Notes under the pieces: model-generated
Told to the model about the DNA's origin: nothing
The model's database searches: none
What the model saw: the letters and a program-made list of their open reading frames with translations, nothing else
Assembly: GCF_964355755.1 (NCBI RefSeq)
Contig: NC_092672.1
Span: 15,314,001 to 15,378,000 of the forward strand
Source: Antedon mediterranea
Taxonomy: Eukaryota > Animalia > Echinodermata
Length of the DNA: 64,000 bases
Reading direction: 5' to 3'
Shown here: piece by piece, positions 51,695-64,000 of the stretch
Layout of the letters: the number at the start of each line of letters is the position of its first letter
How positions within the stretch are numbered: position 1 is the stretch's first letter
Translations under genes and position numbers: made by a program

Positions 51695-52200
51695 CAACTC
51701 AATACTCAACTCAACTCAATAGACATTTATTTACAAAATCTGAATACATACAGTAGGAAAACAAGAAACAGGATTGTACAGAATTATAAAGTATATCAGA
51801 AAATGAAGGCAAAAGCCCTGAAAGATGTTTGTAACATCTTGTGTTGAGCGAGCCTTAACACAAATAAAAAAGAAAAGAAATGCATTGAAGAAAATCATAA
51901 TAAATTTCATAATCTAAAATATGAATAACAGAAAAAAAAAATATGTTGGTACTGCAGATCGAGACATGACCGATTAATAAATATTTAATAAGTAGAAAAG
52001 GTGTATTTTTTTAATTTTGAGAGAAGTATCTTAGGGGAAGCAGATTTTAAAATGGAGGGTGGTAGGTTGTTCCAAAGGGTGGGTCCAGAGTATTGAATGT
52101 TATGTTGGAAAGAATTTGTTCTATGGGAGGGTATAGATAATTTATTTTTAGTACGTGTGTGATGGGAATGATAGAAGGAATTGGAAGTAAAAAGATAACA
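51695..52200 (-). mobile_element. 5'-truncated LINE 3' end (Crack/L2-like) with (TTGAG)n tail
   Basis: HSHHTR..RTNSFQHNIQYSGPTLWNNLP..KLK*, then 3' UTR with AATAAA and caactcaa repeats on the plus strand. Confidence 0.75.
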
Positions 52201-52564
52201 AAGATTTTTTTTTTTCTCTTTTGTGGCGTGAACCACCACCTTTATTCTTTCATATCATAATTAAATACATTACAAATAAATCAGTAATATCTGTCTTCAT
52301 ATGTTCTTTCTTTAATTATATTGTTTTCCGTTAATATTCTACATTTTTCTTTATATTTTTCTGCTCAAAAAAAAATATCAGTAATTTTTGTAAATTTTAG
52401 TTTTTCACATATTGTTTCCAATATTATCCTCCTGCTTTCATGGTTTGTTATATTTATTCACATTGTACACAGACAATATACATACCGTATTGTTTCATAC
52501 CCTTTTAATTCATACCATTTATATACATCTTTAGACATTATATACAAAGATAATATAAAACAAC

Positions 52565-52601
<37 letters not shown>

Positions 52602-53326
52602 TAACAAAGATGGTGAGGAAGGATGTTGTTTAAGGCAGAGTAGACAAAAATGGTTTGTTGAATTAAATTGATATCATTAAGTTTGATGAGATTAAGATTT
52701 GAAAATAAATGAATCATGTAGTTTGGGCATTAGAAGAGACTAAAATGTCATGCTTGGCAAAAAAAGGGCAAAAAATGACAGTAATTTGATGTCTCGTGGC
52801 CATGTTTCGCGAGTTATCAACTATGCAACCTCCTCTGTAGTGTACCGCAATGGCCGGATCTACAAATGCCATGCCAAGTCACCAAATTAAAACAGTGTTT
52901 AGTCTTGGCCAACCGCATTGACTGATCGCGTCGTTTTAAGTTTTAATTATTTACACCTATCCTTGGAACAGTGAGTAAAACTGGAATATGCCATTTTAAT
53001 GTTGCATATTAGTTTATCCACTTTGACCAAAAATTGGATCCAAACAAAATGAATTTAACCATTTATTACGTTATTTTATAAGTGAAAACATTATTTGTTT
53101 TCGTTTTTTTTTTCTACGGAAGTGATAAACTTTATTAAAACTACAAAATAAAACTAAAATAATATTCAAAGTGTTTTTGGGGGACAATGCACCTTTAAAG
53201 CAAAAAATAAAAATTTTATTACAAAAGTAGGAAAAAAGCTCCCAAAATAAATTGCAAAATATCAAAAACTAATGAAATAAAAAAATGTAACAAAACAAAT
53301 CCAAATGCTTTGATGATATATGAAAA

Positions 53327-54196
53327 CTACGGGGGCTGATTTCCGCCAAAGAAAAAATTTATTTTATAATAATATGGCGTTATAACGCCATAATTACGGC
53401 CTAAATACAATGACCTAAATACGGTGTTATAACGGCCTAATTATACAATCCGTTCACACGTACATGCGCATGCATAGTACATCAACAAACTCAGAGCCAT
53501 AAAGAGTTGCGACTTTGAATGGATTGAATCAATTTATTTAAAGGTTTTTTTAAAAATAATAATAACATTATTTTGATGATTATGACAAAAAAAAAAACTT
53601 TAATCCCTTTATTTTTTACAGCGATTCTCTATAGTAATGCATTGTTTTTGCATTTTGTTGTTTAAAATCATCTTCGCAGTAACTTTATGATTGTGTTATC
53701 TTAGCAAAAACCTTTAAACAGATTATTAAATTAGATATTTAAAATCCTGTGAATGGTATACATTTTTTAAGCACATGACTCTACTCCATACACTACATAG
53801 GCATAGTTGGACACAAAGATGGCCAGTAATGTACTACGTGACTTTTTAAAATCTGTGAATGCTTCGAGAGGTTTGTTGATGTACTACGCATGCGCATGTA
53901 CGTGTGAACAGATTGTATATTTAGGGCGTTATAACACCGTATTTAGGGCGCCCTAATACAGCGTTGTAACGCCCTAATACGGCGTTGTAACGCCCTAATA
54001 CGGCGTTGTAACGCCCTAATACGGCGTTATAACGCCGTATTACGGTGTTATAACGCCCTAAATTACGGTGTTATAACACCCTAAATTAGGGCGTTATAAC
54101 GGCCTAATTACGGCGTTATAACTTCCTAAATTAGGGCGTTATAACGCCGTATTATAAAATAATTTTTTTCTTTCGCGGAAATCAGCCACTACGTAG
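53327..54196. mobile_element. Fold-back element with long TIRs containing ~21-bp palindromic tandem repeats
   Basis: ctacg..ggctgatttccgc.aaagaaaaaa / ttttttctttcgcggaaatcagcc..cgtag. Core ggcgtt(a/g)taacgcc occurs ~2 times on the left and ~9 on the right. Confidence 0.8.
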
Positions 54197-55764
54197 CCAC
54201 TATGTAGAAAACTGCATTGGTGCAGAAACACGACCTAGACACAATTAACATTAATTGTGTCTATAGATCGTGTTTCTGCAGCAATGTATTTTTCGTCAAT
54301 TTATGTCCCCTTTTTTATTCTATCTATAGGTAAATGTGACTAAATTGCATACACATCACTATTTCTGAGCAAAATTAAAAACAAAGGTCTCACACAAAAA
54401 ATAAACAAAATATCAAATAATACACCACGAAAAACACCAAAAATATTTAGTTATCGTTAGTGTCCGCCATATTTTATCATTGAAATATTTTAAACTGTCG
54501 ACTGATTGACAGAGTTCAACGTACATGTCGAAAAACAACCAAAATATATAGTTATCGTTAGTGTTCGTGCGCATCATCTAATTTCAGCTTACAAACCATG
54601 TGCACTTTTTTTGTGTTTTCAAGTCCGTTATTGTTATTATCTTAATTCTCCCAATTCATATTTTATCATTGAAATATTTTAAACTGCCGACTGATTGACA
54701 ACGTGCATGTCCTTATCATGCACGTTGTCACTTTCTGATGCGCGCCCTAAATTAATATTCACACAGCACGATTTTCTTTAGTGTCCTTATTTTCGTAAAG
54801 TCCCAGTCTGGTATTGCTTTCATTTTTTAGCTACAGATTTTTCAAATTAAAGGAATACTTCATGTATAACAAAATCAATGGCCATAAATATCTCCGATTT
54901 TTATTCTTGACGATTTGTTTTTTTTTTTAAATAATTTGTCGAAGAATATGTTTATCTGGAAAGAGTGTGTTTTTATTATACTTACTTACTGTATCCCATG
55001 CAAATTAGTACATAACCAGATTTTAAAGCAAGGTTACTGCTAGTGCATTATAATTATCTTAATGGCTAAAGGAGTGGAGTATACTCTCAATGGAGAAAGC
55101 CACTGTTATCTAACAACTAAACCCCCATCTCACTAGAATCCGATCTGGGGAGATCATGGCGATCCATCCCGATCTGCAAATCATTCAGAATTGGCTTCAA
55201 TTTCTATTTTTAGACCCCTGGAAGCACTCTACTTCGGGTACTGAGCTACAGCCGATAGAGAAGCACTTGTGTTACGTGTGTACGGCAATAGTACTGCATT
55301 TCCAAGCCGATCTAAAACGATAGAGTCCTGCTAAAGAAGACAGAGCCCAGAATTTATTTTTATTATATTACACCTTATTTATAGAGGGTGACCCTAAACA
55401 GCGTATGCTGACAATCAAGTGGCCCTCTTGATGAGTTACAGTGGATGTGTGCATACTAGTACACCGGGGTAATAACCCCAATATACGATGGGGAAGACAG
55501 AGTTATGGCCAAGCCCCGTTATTGATTGTACATGTTTCTATATAAACCTTAGCGATCCAGAGGGTCTGCTCATTCAAAATTCAGAATTGAGAAAAGATGG
55601 TATATGTACCTGCTGTTCAACCTGTCCATCCTACAACAATTCCAGATGAAAATGGAGTATGATGCAATGGAGAAGAGGAAGAGAAGAGATTTTGGGATAT
55701 TGCATGGTTGCCTGCACCAAGACAAATTGAATGTCTATATTGTTATAATATTTGTTATTTAATA

Positions 55765-55811
55765 AATAAACGATATTTAAAAGCAATTTTAAACCCAGAA
55801 TCCCCCTTTAA
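55765..55811. mobile_element. Single Kolobok terminus, same family as 19094-20632
   Basis: aataaataaacgatatttaaaa.caattttaaacccagaatccccctttaa is the reverse complement of 19090-19140. Confidence 0.7.
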
Positions 55812-56699
55812 TAGTGTATCATCATCATAGTAGAAGATATGTTAATAATAATATAATACACTGTGGTAACTGTGTACTGTAGTATATAGTTTTTTTTTTT
55901 TTGGCCACCCACCCAAATGTATCAATACCATTTATATTTATATATTTACTTTCCTCAACAAATTGATAGATGTAAAAAAAAAAAAAGCATTACATTTTGC
56001 GCTTTTTTCAGGACTTCCCCTAGATGTACGTTCGCATGGAACTTGAACGCAACGCAATAAATCAAAACTAAATACTGAGTGAAATCGGCAACAAAATGTT
56101 ATATCGTCCTTCAATTAGTCACGCGTGTTTATTGGGTGGAAAAATGATGATCGTTTTTTTCATTGGTAGCATGCTACATATAAGAGTGTCTTTTCCTGCA
56201 AATTAGAGGTGCCATTTATCATGAATTTTATGTGCGAGAGTACCATTTCCGACCATCTGGGGCGTCATTTAGCAAAATTCGATTTACCACAGGTCCTGTC
56301 AATGGCCCTGGACCAGCACCTTTTTCCGCCATGTGCAAACGCTGACCTGCGGGAAGCGCCCTGTTGTGACACTTTTACTCAAAATGGGCCTATGGGGAAA
56401 ATGTCACCATTTAATAGGCTAGTACCTCAGTTTTTATATATATATAAAATATCAATTTTTAATACATTTAACATGAGAGTGCCATTCCCGACTATCTATA
56501 GAGGTGTTATATTTCAAAATCGCCTCAACTCGGCCCAAGCAATGTCGAGCTGAGTTGGTGTGGACTATACAGTAAGGCGCCCCCCCCCCCTTCCCTTTTA
56601 CAAAATCCTAGATCTGCCCCTGACAAATGCTTCATCCCGTAACCACTACAGCATCTTGCAAGACCCTGGCCGATTTGGCCATCGTAGTACAATACCGTC

Positions 56700-57090
56700 A
56701 ATAACAACATGCCCACACTAGCCAAAACGCTCTCTGTAGCCATACAATATGACCTGCCATATACTACATCTTGGAGTACACAAGAATGGAACTTCAATCA
56801 TGCTTTTTGTATAGATAATTGCTGGTTTTTTTACAGCACCCTAATCTTTATTAGCTCTGAATTATTGTATATTTCAGGTTTTCGAGACAACCACTAACTT
56901 GCTTCCATGGGGAAAAGGCATAATATTTACGCATGCACGAAAGAAGGTAGGAATCAACCCAAAGTTTTTGTATTTTCTCAATAATGATGCCATGGTCTAT
57001 CAAATCGTACACTTTTAAGTTTATTAAGGGCATCAACAGTTGACACTCTGCAATTACACCAGCATTTTCTTTCAGTATAGAGGAATCCAT
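56700..57090 (-). pseudogene. Decayed LINE RT fragment
   Basis: LKVYDLIDHGIIIEKIQKL resembles the KAFDLIDH motif; an SIQKA-like remnant lies downstream. Confidence 0.45.
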
Positions 57091-57534
57091 AGAGGAATCA
57101 TGGTCAGCCCAGGGACCTTATTGTATTTTATCTGGTTGAGTTTGTGCTCAATAGATTCTCTATTATCAGATATGGAGGGAGATAATCACTTAGATGACAT
57201 ACTTGACATCTATAACTAAAAGACAAACAAGCTGTTAAATCTGGATTTTCATGAAATTTATATTATAGTCACCCTTGGAGGCTAAATTTGTAACCCATTT
57301 ATCAGAACCGCCAATATTAAAAAATCTGTTTATAGTCTACTCAATCTAGCATATTAGCGGGACAAAATTGTAGCAAAGGTTTTTCAGTTTTGAATGAATG
57401 TATATGTTGTCCTGATCACGTATAACAAATCAACCCTCATTCACCGCCTAAATATGCAAATTAGCTATAAAACCTATATTTTCACTCCTAAACTAATAAT
57501 TTTTGTGGCAAACCCTATGTTTTCATAACACATT

Positions 57535-58312
57535 GGGTCTGTTTCTGCTGAAAAAATAAAAATCAATTTTTTCTAAGTACCACAAACCACAGAAATGATC
57601 GCGTTGCAACTGAAAATATTCTCTGACGTTAATCGGTTATCTGGTAATTGCTTTTTAAAAATCACATCATCCATACGCACAGAGCAGTTCAAGTTATGGA
57701 AGGCCGAGTTGGTTTGTTTACATCCTATCGCTGCCTAAAACCGTACCACATACAACAGAATAATGTTATATTAATAAGGGCGAGAAAAGTTTGTTTAGCC
57801 GTTCGGCGTTGGTTTTACTTTACTCTAGGGCCTAGCTAGGCTATATATTTCGGCTATATTTCTACCGAAACAACAGGTCTAAAAAAGGACATGCAAAACA
57901 TCGTTAGCCTGGACTGGTGGGATGTAACGGTGTACTTGTAACGCAGAATCTTGGAGTCTCTTGATATAATTCTCCCCCACAAAATAAACATTTGTTGTTG
58001 TTATTCGGTCCACATCGCGGATCGTCGTCGTCGATCACGCAAATAAACAGCATGCTTTGTGAATGAGGGTTGCCATACTCCAGAGGTCAAAGTGTGGTCA
58101 GTAATCGCTATTGGTGTTGCAGCTCAAAACTGCTCCGCAAGAATCGGTTAAAACAAGAAATAATCGATTAAAACACTCAATGGATTGAGTGTTTTTAATC
58201 GGTTATTTTTAATTGGTTATTTTATTTTGCGCCGTTTCTGCTGCCCAAAAATAATCGATTAAAAAAATAAACGGTTAATAATTGATTATTTCTGCTCAGC
58301 AGAAACAGGCCC
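57535..58312. mobile_element. PIF/Harbinger-like MITE
   Basis: gggtctgtttctgctga / tcagcagaaacaggccc, with ATT 3-bp TSD (57532-57534, 58313-58315). Confidence 0.75.
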
Positions 58313-58633
58313 ATTGAAAGCATTTTCAGTGGTCAAATACTATATGTATATAATGCAATTTTAATCATGCTTGAGTGATTTTTGTATAAAAAATCACCTT
58401 TTTTGGGAAATTTTCTTTCTATATAAATGGCTACCCTTTCTATTGTTTTTATGAACCACGAACAATATTAACAGATCACTAATGACCTTGTGTGTGTGAT
58501 TTCATTTGAAAATTACATCATATTGACTGAAATTTAAAGGAGTGAGTTAGAGATACAGACTCCGTGTTAGTGACGATGATTCGCTGTTGGATTTAGTAAT
58601 GAAATAAATAAACATAGTACAATACTATGTATA

Positions 58634-59403
58634 CCGTAAAACCTTGAAAAGAAGGCATCCCTCAAAAAGAAGGCCTCTGGAAAAGTAATCTTGAAAAGAA
58701 GCCCATCTTGAAATCAAGGCCACTGGGCTTCTTTTTTATTTATTTGTTTTTATTTCGGCCATACTGCATTGGGCCCGGCTGCGTTCTGGATGGGAGACCG
58801 TCGGGAAATGGTGGTTGCTGCTGTATATACCGAGAGTGATGGTGTAATGATAATATCGGATTAGCATGTGATATGCATGAGTTCGTGCTTATCTGTACCA
58901 TACTAATTGCATCCTTAGGCAAGATGCTTTATTCTCATTCCCTCGTCCTTTGAATGTGATTTAAAGCTGTTGGTCACATGTACTTTATACATCCAACAGC
59001 GAGTCACTTGCCGAATTGTTGAAAGAGTCATGAGTTACAACGCTGGCACTAGGTCAGAATGAATTTGGATTAGAAGGCAAGCACGTTAACCACCAAGCTA
59101 CAGTTCCACTCCAATAGAGTTTTCAAAATAGTATGGATATCAAAGAAACAAGATTTATTTTCAGATAAACTTGTGATTCAGATATAATGAATGATCGAGA
59201 AACTTTTATCATACATTTATTTTGTAGTTTAAAATGGTATTTTGATCACAAATAAGTAAAATTGGCAGTTATTAATAATTACAGCATTTTCTTTTTGAAG
59301 AAGCCCCCTTTTAATTCGCAAAAGTAATCTCAAAAAGAAAGCCATCTTGAAAAGAAGCACCCAAGAGTACTAAAAAAAGAAGCCCATTTTGAAGGTTTCA
59401 CGG
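58634..59403. mobile_element. pogo/Tc1-type MITE with nested SINE sequence
   Basis: TA|ccgtaaaacctt ... aaggtttcacgg|TA, with aaaagaag(g/c)c subterminal repeats at both ends. Confidence 0.7.
58756..59030 (+). mobile_element. SINE with 5S rRNA-derived plus tRNA-like composite head
   Basis: cggccatac and gggcccgg..tggatgggagaccg.cgggaa..gctgt resemble the 5' end and 3' half of 5S rRNA. Then tggtgtaatga (A box), gagttcg (B box) and a tccttaggcaag SINE core-like motif. Confidence 0.55.
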
Positions 59404-60358
59404 TATTACATACATACATACTTGATTCACCTTAAGTTACTGTAACTGAATCATATGCATTATTTCCACAGCCTACATCTGTATGTGTGTTCTTATTTGT
59501 GTGAAAAAATAATATTTTATTGTAACATAGTTAAGTAGAACTGACTTTTTACCTTCTCAAATATCCCACAGACATATGTATAATGATGTCAACTAAAAAA
59601 ACAAACATTTTTAAGACTTTTTATGCCTGTCTGAATGGTCAATCACAATTTCTACACCGGGGCGGAAAACCCATTAACAGTCACGAAAGTTATTTGAGCG
59701 AATACACCGAATACTGTACTTGGCCTAAAACACTAGCTCAGGTATTTTAATTGAAATATTTGACTTGCGGTTAGAAAAATACAAGTAAACATCATTTTAT
59801 AATATAACTATTATTAGGCTATTAATTGACCTATAAAGATATAAAGATAAACATGTTTTAAGGTAGCTCTCTATTTAAACCTTAGTCTGTACACTTCTCA
59901 CTGCACGCCTCACACTTCTAATGAATACAATAATAGCGTGCGAACTCTAAACAACAAAACCCAACGGTGCAGATCAGTTTTAAATAGTGGGAGGGGGGGG
60001 GGACGTAATAAATGAACGTAAAAAAAATACTTTAAGAGGGAAGCAAGCAACCTTAGGCTGGGGCCGCAAAGAGCTCTCGGACTCTTTGAATAATTTATAG
60101 GTTGTTTCAATCGATTTCTGAGCAAATAAAAATTATGTCCAGAAGAATACAATTATTTTGGGTGACGCACTTTTTAGGCACTGGTCCTGATGCGGTTATA
60201 TTCACGCAAAATCTATTCTTAGATACTGTATTTTCTGAAATTAGATATGATATGTCGATAGAAGTCTTACTTTCTATTTCCTAGCCTGACGTTGTCTCGT
60301 TGCTGAATTAATTTTCTTTCCTTTTTTGGCAGAATCTGTAAATATAAATTGCGGTCTA

Positions 60359-60695
60359 AGACCTGGTTACAGTTCTTTTATTTGTTTACCCTTTCACGCA
60401 ATTGGTCCAAGTGGGTAGACCTGGTTACAGTTCTTTTATTTGTTTACCCTTTCACGCAATTGGTCCAAGTGGGTAGACCTGGTTACAGTTCTTTTATTTG
60501 TTTACCCTTTCACGCAATTGGTCCAAGTGGGTAGACCTGGTTACAGTTCTTTTATTTGTTTACCCTTTCACGCAATTGGTCCAAGTGGGTAGACCTGGTT
60601 ACAGTTCTTTTATTTGTTTACCCTTTCACGCAATTGGTCCAAGTGGGTAGACCTGGTTACAGTTCTTTTATTTGTTTACCCTTTCACGCAATTGG
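60359..60695. repeat. Perfect 58-bp tandem repeat, ~5.8 copies
   Basis: Unit agacctggttacagttcttttatttgtttaccctttcacgcaattggtccaagtgggt. Confidence 0.97.
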
Positions 60696-61655
60696 GTGCA
60701 CAGGGCATTATATTACAATATGAAGATATCAATCTGCACGCAATGCATGTTGGGATTTATAGTGGGCCACTAAAATTATTTGAATTGACTTATTTTTCAC
60801 ATTTTTAATCCTTAAGATGAAAAAAAATATCTCAGAATGTCCATAATAGTGTCTTTAATGACAGGGAAATGATAATCACGCGAAAATTACTCAGCCAATA
60901 TCATCAATACAAATTATGACCCTCAGCGGTTGTGATACAGTTTTAACCAATCCTGTTCACATATTTACATTACAGGTTATGTAATATTTTGTTTAAAGGT
61001 TTGCATGGTGAAATCAAATGATGATATAAAGTTTGCAGTATACCACGTCTACTTTTTTTTTCATCTTCAAAAGACATTTATTTCATGTATTAGTTCTGAA
61101 AAGAACTGTTGAGTTTCTCTGTTGAGTTTCTCTCTATGTAATATTAGCAATATGCAAATTAGACTGTATGCAAATTAGTACAGAATTAGAGTAGCCTAGT
61201 GTAAATCAATTTTCACATACCCTTTTTTTTCTATTTCATTCCAGACCAACAGCAAACCATCGCCACTAAGGCTGGTTGTCATGATCGTGATCAATATCAA
61301 TATCTTGTATATTAAGGACGAATATTGAGTTAAATTTTCATTTGGAAGGTCATTCTATGCTGTTTGTTTTTTCACGTTTCTGCCATTTGAAATTATTTGT
61401 AGATCGTACCTTATTGGATTTATATTCAATGTATATACTTTGATAAGTGGTTTTGGCTGATTGTCGTTTGTATAGGGCCATATTTAGATTTACTTTTTAT
61501 GCAATATCGTATTATTTTGTTATATTGTAACAATAATTATTTAAATCAAGGTTTCTAGAGAAAAGCTCTACAACGAACTGTAAATGATAAGCATTTTTAT
61601 TAATATTTAATATCATCAATCAATAAATCAATTGCTAGGCCTAGACCTGTAGTGT

Positions 61656-62176
61656 CAGGCCCGTAATCAGGTTTTTTTATTGTTCAGACGAGCCCCCCTC
61701 CCATTTTACAGCGAACCCTCTAACAACCCCCCCCCCCCCCCACATGACATGTCCAATACCTCACCCTCGTCTCTGAAAATACTCCAACTACGTGGCACAT
61801 GGTACAAAAGGTTATTCATAAATTGACAAATTTGTAAACTCGTTTGTGAATAACTCATACCTTCTACCCTGTATGAGCGTCAAGCGATATGTGTCTGTAA
61901 ATTTCTAAGAGTTGCTAATGAATTGTAAAAATGTTATCGTCCTTCAAATAGTCCATCTGTTTGAGGAGGAGGAAAAAAGTATGATCGCTCATTGGTAGCA
62001 TGCTGCATGAAAGTGTCTTTTCCGGCCAATTAAGTGCCATTTATCATAAATTTTATGTGTGAAAGTACCATTTCCAGCCATCTAGTGTGTCTAGGGTGTC
62101 ATTTAACTAAATTAGGGGGAGGGGGGCAGTGACCCAAATACTTATTGTCCCTTGAGAGATCCTGGCTACGGCCCTG
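61656..62176. mobile_element. hAT-like MITE; related partial copy at ~56090-56622
   Basis: caggcccgtaatcagg ... cctggctacggccctg. Flanks tgtagtgt / tgtatggt match 6/8. Interior shared with 56090-56270. Confidence 0.65.
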
Positions 62177-64000
62177 TGTATGGTAACATTTTTCTACTCC
62201 GTAAATTGGAGAACAAAATGGTTTAAGTTTGGTTTGAATTTTTAAGGATTTCTCTATCACATTATTATTTTTCCAAACTTTTAGTTTTAGTTGTCAATTG
62301 AACAATTGAAACACACAATCTCTCTCTTTTTCAGTCACCTATGCAATTCTTATTTAAAATGATTGACCATATTTATGTGCCAGTTAACTGATTGAAATTA
62401 CCCAAAATACTCTAGAAAGCTACATTTACAGCATCCTAGATCCACCCCTGGAAGCAGTATTTGAATTATTGAACTAATACTTAATAGTGATAATATTTTA
62501 CCAACTTAATGAATTTTTCTTTTGTAGAGTACAAATGGAAAACATGGAAACATATAAATAAAATCATATTTATTTTGTACTTGAAATGCATAAATTGTGT
62601 TCTAGGTGATATTTAAGTGGTACCTTGAAAATAATAAATTACAACTAGTTTTCAATTAAATTGACTTGCTGAAAGATAGTTGTCATGATATTTCTGTAAT
62701 GCATATGTGATGTGCATGAGTAGAAGTAATTCTGGAATTTATAATGGTAACTATGACAATTTGAAACAGGTAAATGATTCATGTTATGGCCACCAGGGCT
62801 TTTACAACATATACTATTGCTAGTTAAAGTTATGTAGGTCTTGTATTATATAGATACATTTCACTTATATTTGTAGCATTTTTATTTAGAGACTATGAAT
62901 ATACATGAATGAAGTTACATTACTTTTTAAAGAATTAGGTATTATCTACGTTACATTACAAATAATGAAAAACATCTAACAAACATCTAATATAAATGAA
63001 AAAATGTGAAAATTTATAATTGAATTTAATTAATAAACTCATTATATTTAATTTATATTTTTTTAATTTATACCATACTTAATACTGTACAATTACAGAG
63101 ATTCCTGTACATTCTAAAAAATTATACTTGAATTTGTGGTTTTAAAGGGGACCTAAATTGATAAATGTTACATACTGTATACAATTAAAGATTACAACTT
63201 GTTTTCGTTACAATATGAGCTTTCATTAATTTAATTAAACAGTTATCAGGTAATTAGCTGACATCTGATTGCACAAAGACTTTATGACGCCACAAAAGGT
63301 TCACACAATCTTAATCGTGACAATACACACGCAGTATCCTGGCATGTAATCGAGAAATAGAATTGTCTATCTTTAGTAAATTGCTTTAATACACATTAAT
63401 AATGCTGTATGACACCAGGGAGCACAAATAAAGGTTACCGTATACAAAGAAAAAAAAGGTTACATTTTTATTCTTTGCCACTACAAAATAAGGAATTTCT
63501 ATGAAAGACTTGAAAGCATAGCTTTTAAAAATAACACCCTGCTGCATTTTAAAAGATGATGCTGTCCCTATATTGTTTGATTTTTAAGCTATAAAAAAGC
63601 AACAATAAATGCTAGACCTACCCTGACAGAGTATCCGACGACATGGAGTGTCAGCGATGGCGTATTACAATTATAAAGGCTAGAGAGAAAAATGCTACAC
63701 TTTAAAGCCTAGTCCCCTATCTGTCTTCGTGTTTTCAAATATTATTAGGTCTATTATCCAGAATAACGATTATCGTGCTACAGAATCCATCTTGCTATTA
63801 TTGTGACCAGACGTAACAGTACAGCATTGGCGTTTGTTATCATTGTTTTTTCTGGCGCCCATCCCTATACACTGTGGTGGTTTTTTTTTTCAATTTTAAG
63901 CGGTGAAAAAATCAATCAATCATACAGTGATGTAGGCCAATCTTTTAAGAACGTTTTACAGAGTAATGTTTTTTCTCATACGACCCTCCATTCAGGACGA

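Noticed and set aside
52321-52671. 116-aa ORF with poly-Lys
   Set aside because: AT-rich low-complexity sequence over a poly(A) tract.
60349-60808. Short ORFs and a CRISPR-like repeat
   Set aside because: Head-to-tail 58-bp repeat without spacers.
61220-62570. Possible host exons after polypyrimidine-AG sites (~61243, ~62527)
   Set aside because: No convincing donor site, ORF or homology; cannot be supported without RNA data.

Overview
AT-rich eukaryotic DNA from an invertebrate animal; the repeat content is suggestive of a marine deuterostome such as an echinoderm (inference only). I see no convincing host protein-coding gene. The window is a dense, deeply nested set of transposable elements. 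The one intact autonomous element is a 3.6-kb pogo/Passer-type DNA transposon (perfect 25-bp TIRs, TA TSD, open 441-aa ORF, DD36D spacing). Decayed elements include a Ginger-like integrase fused to an OTU deubiquitinase domain, a probable Academ fragment, a CR1 LINE whose ORF2 holds a 33 x 45-bp expansion, a near full-length L2/Daphne/Rex-like LINE split by a PIF/Harbinger MITE, a Penelope RT fragment with a hammerhead ribozyme, a solo LTR, Helitron/Helentron copies and many MITEs (PIF, piggyBac, Kolobok, hAT, MULE, P, pogo). The most unusual features are (1) a partial-tandem ~360-bp array inside a (TA)n tract, each unit carrying a full cloverleaf tRNA-like gene (Arg-like body, ATC anticodon, Pol III terminator), and (2) the CR1 array, whose two junction types both match microhomologies at the ends of the ancestral unit. 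All family assignments come from motif recognition by eye; no searches were run.
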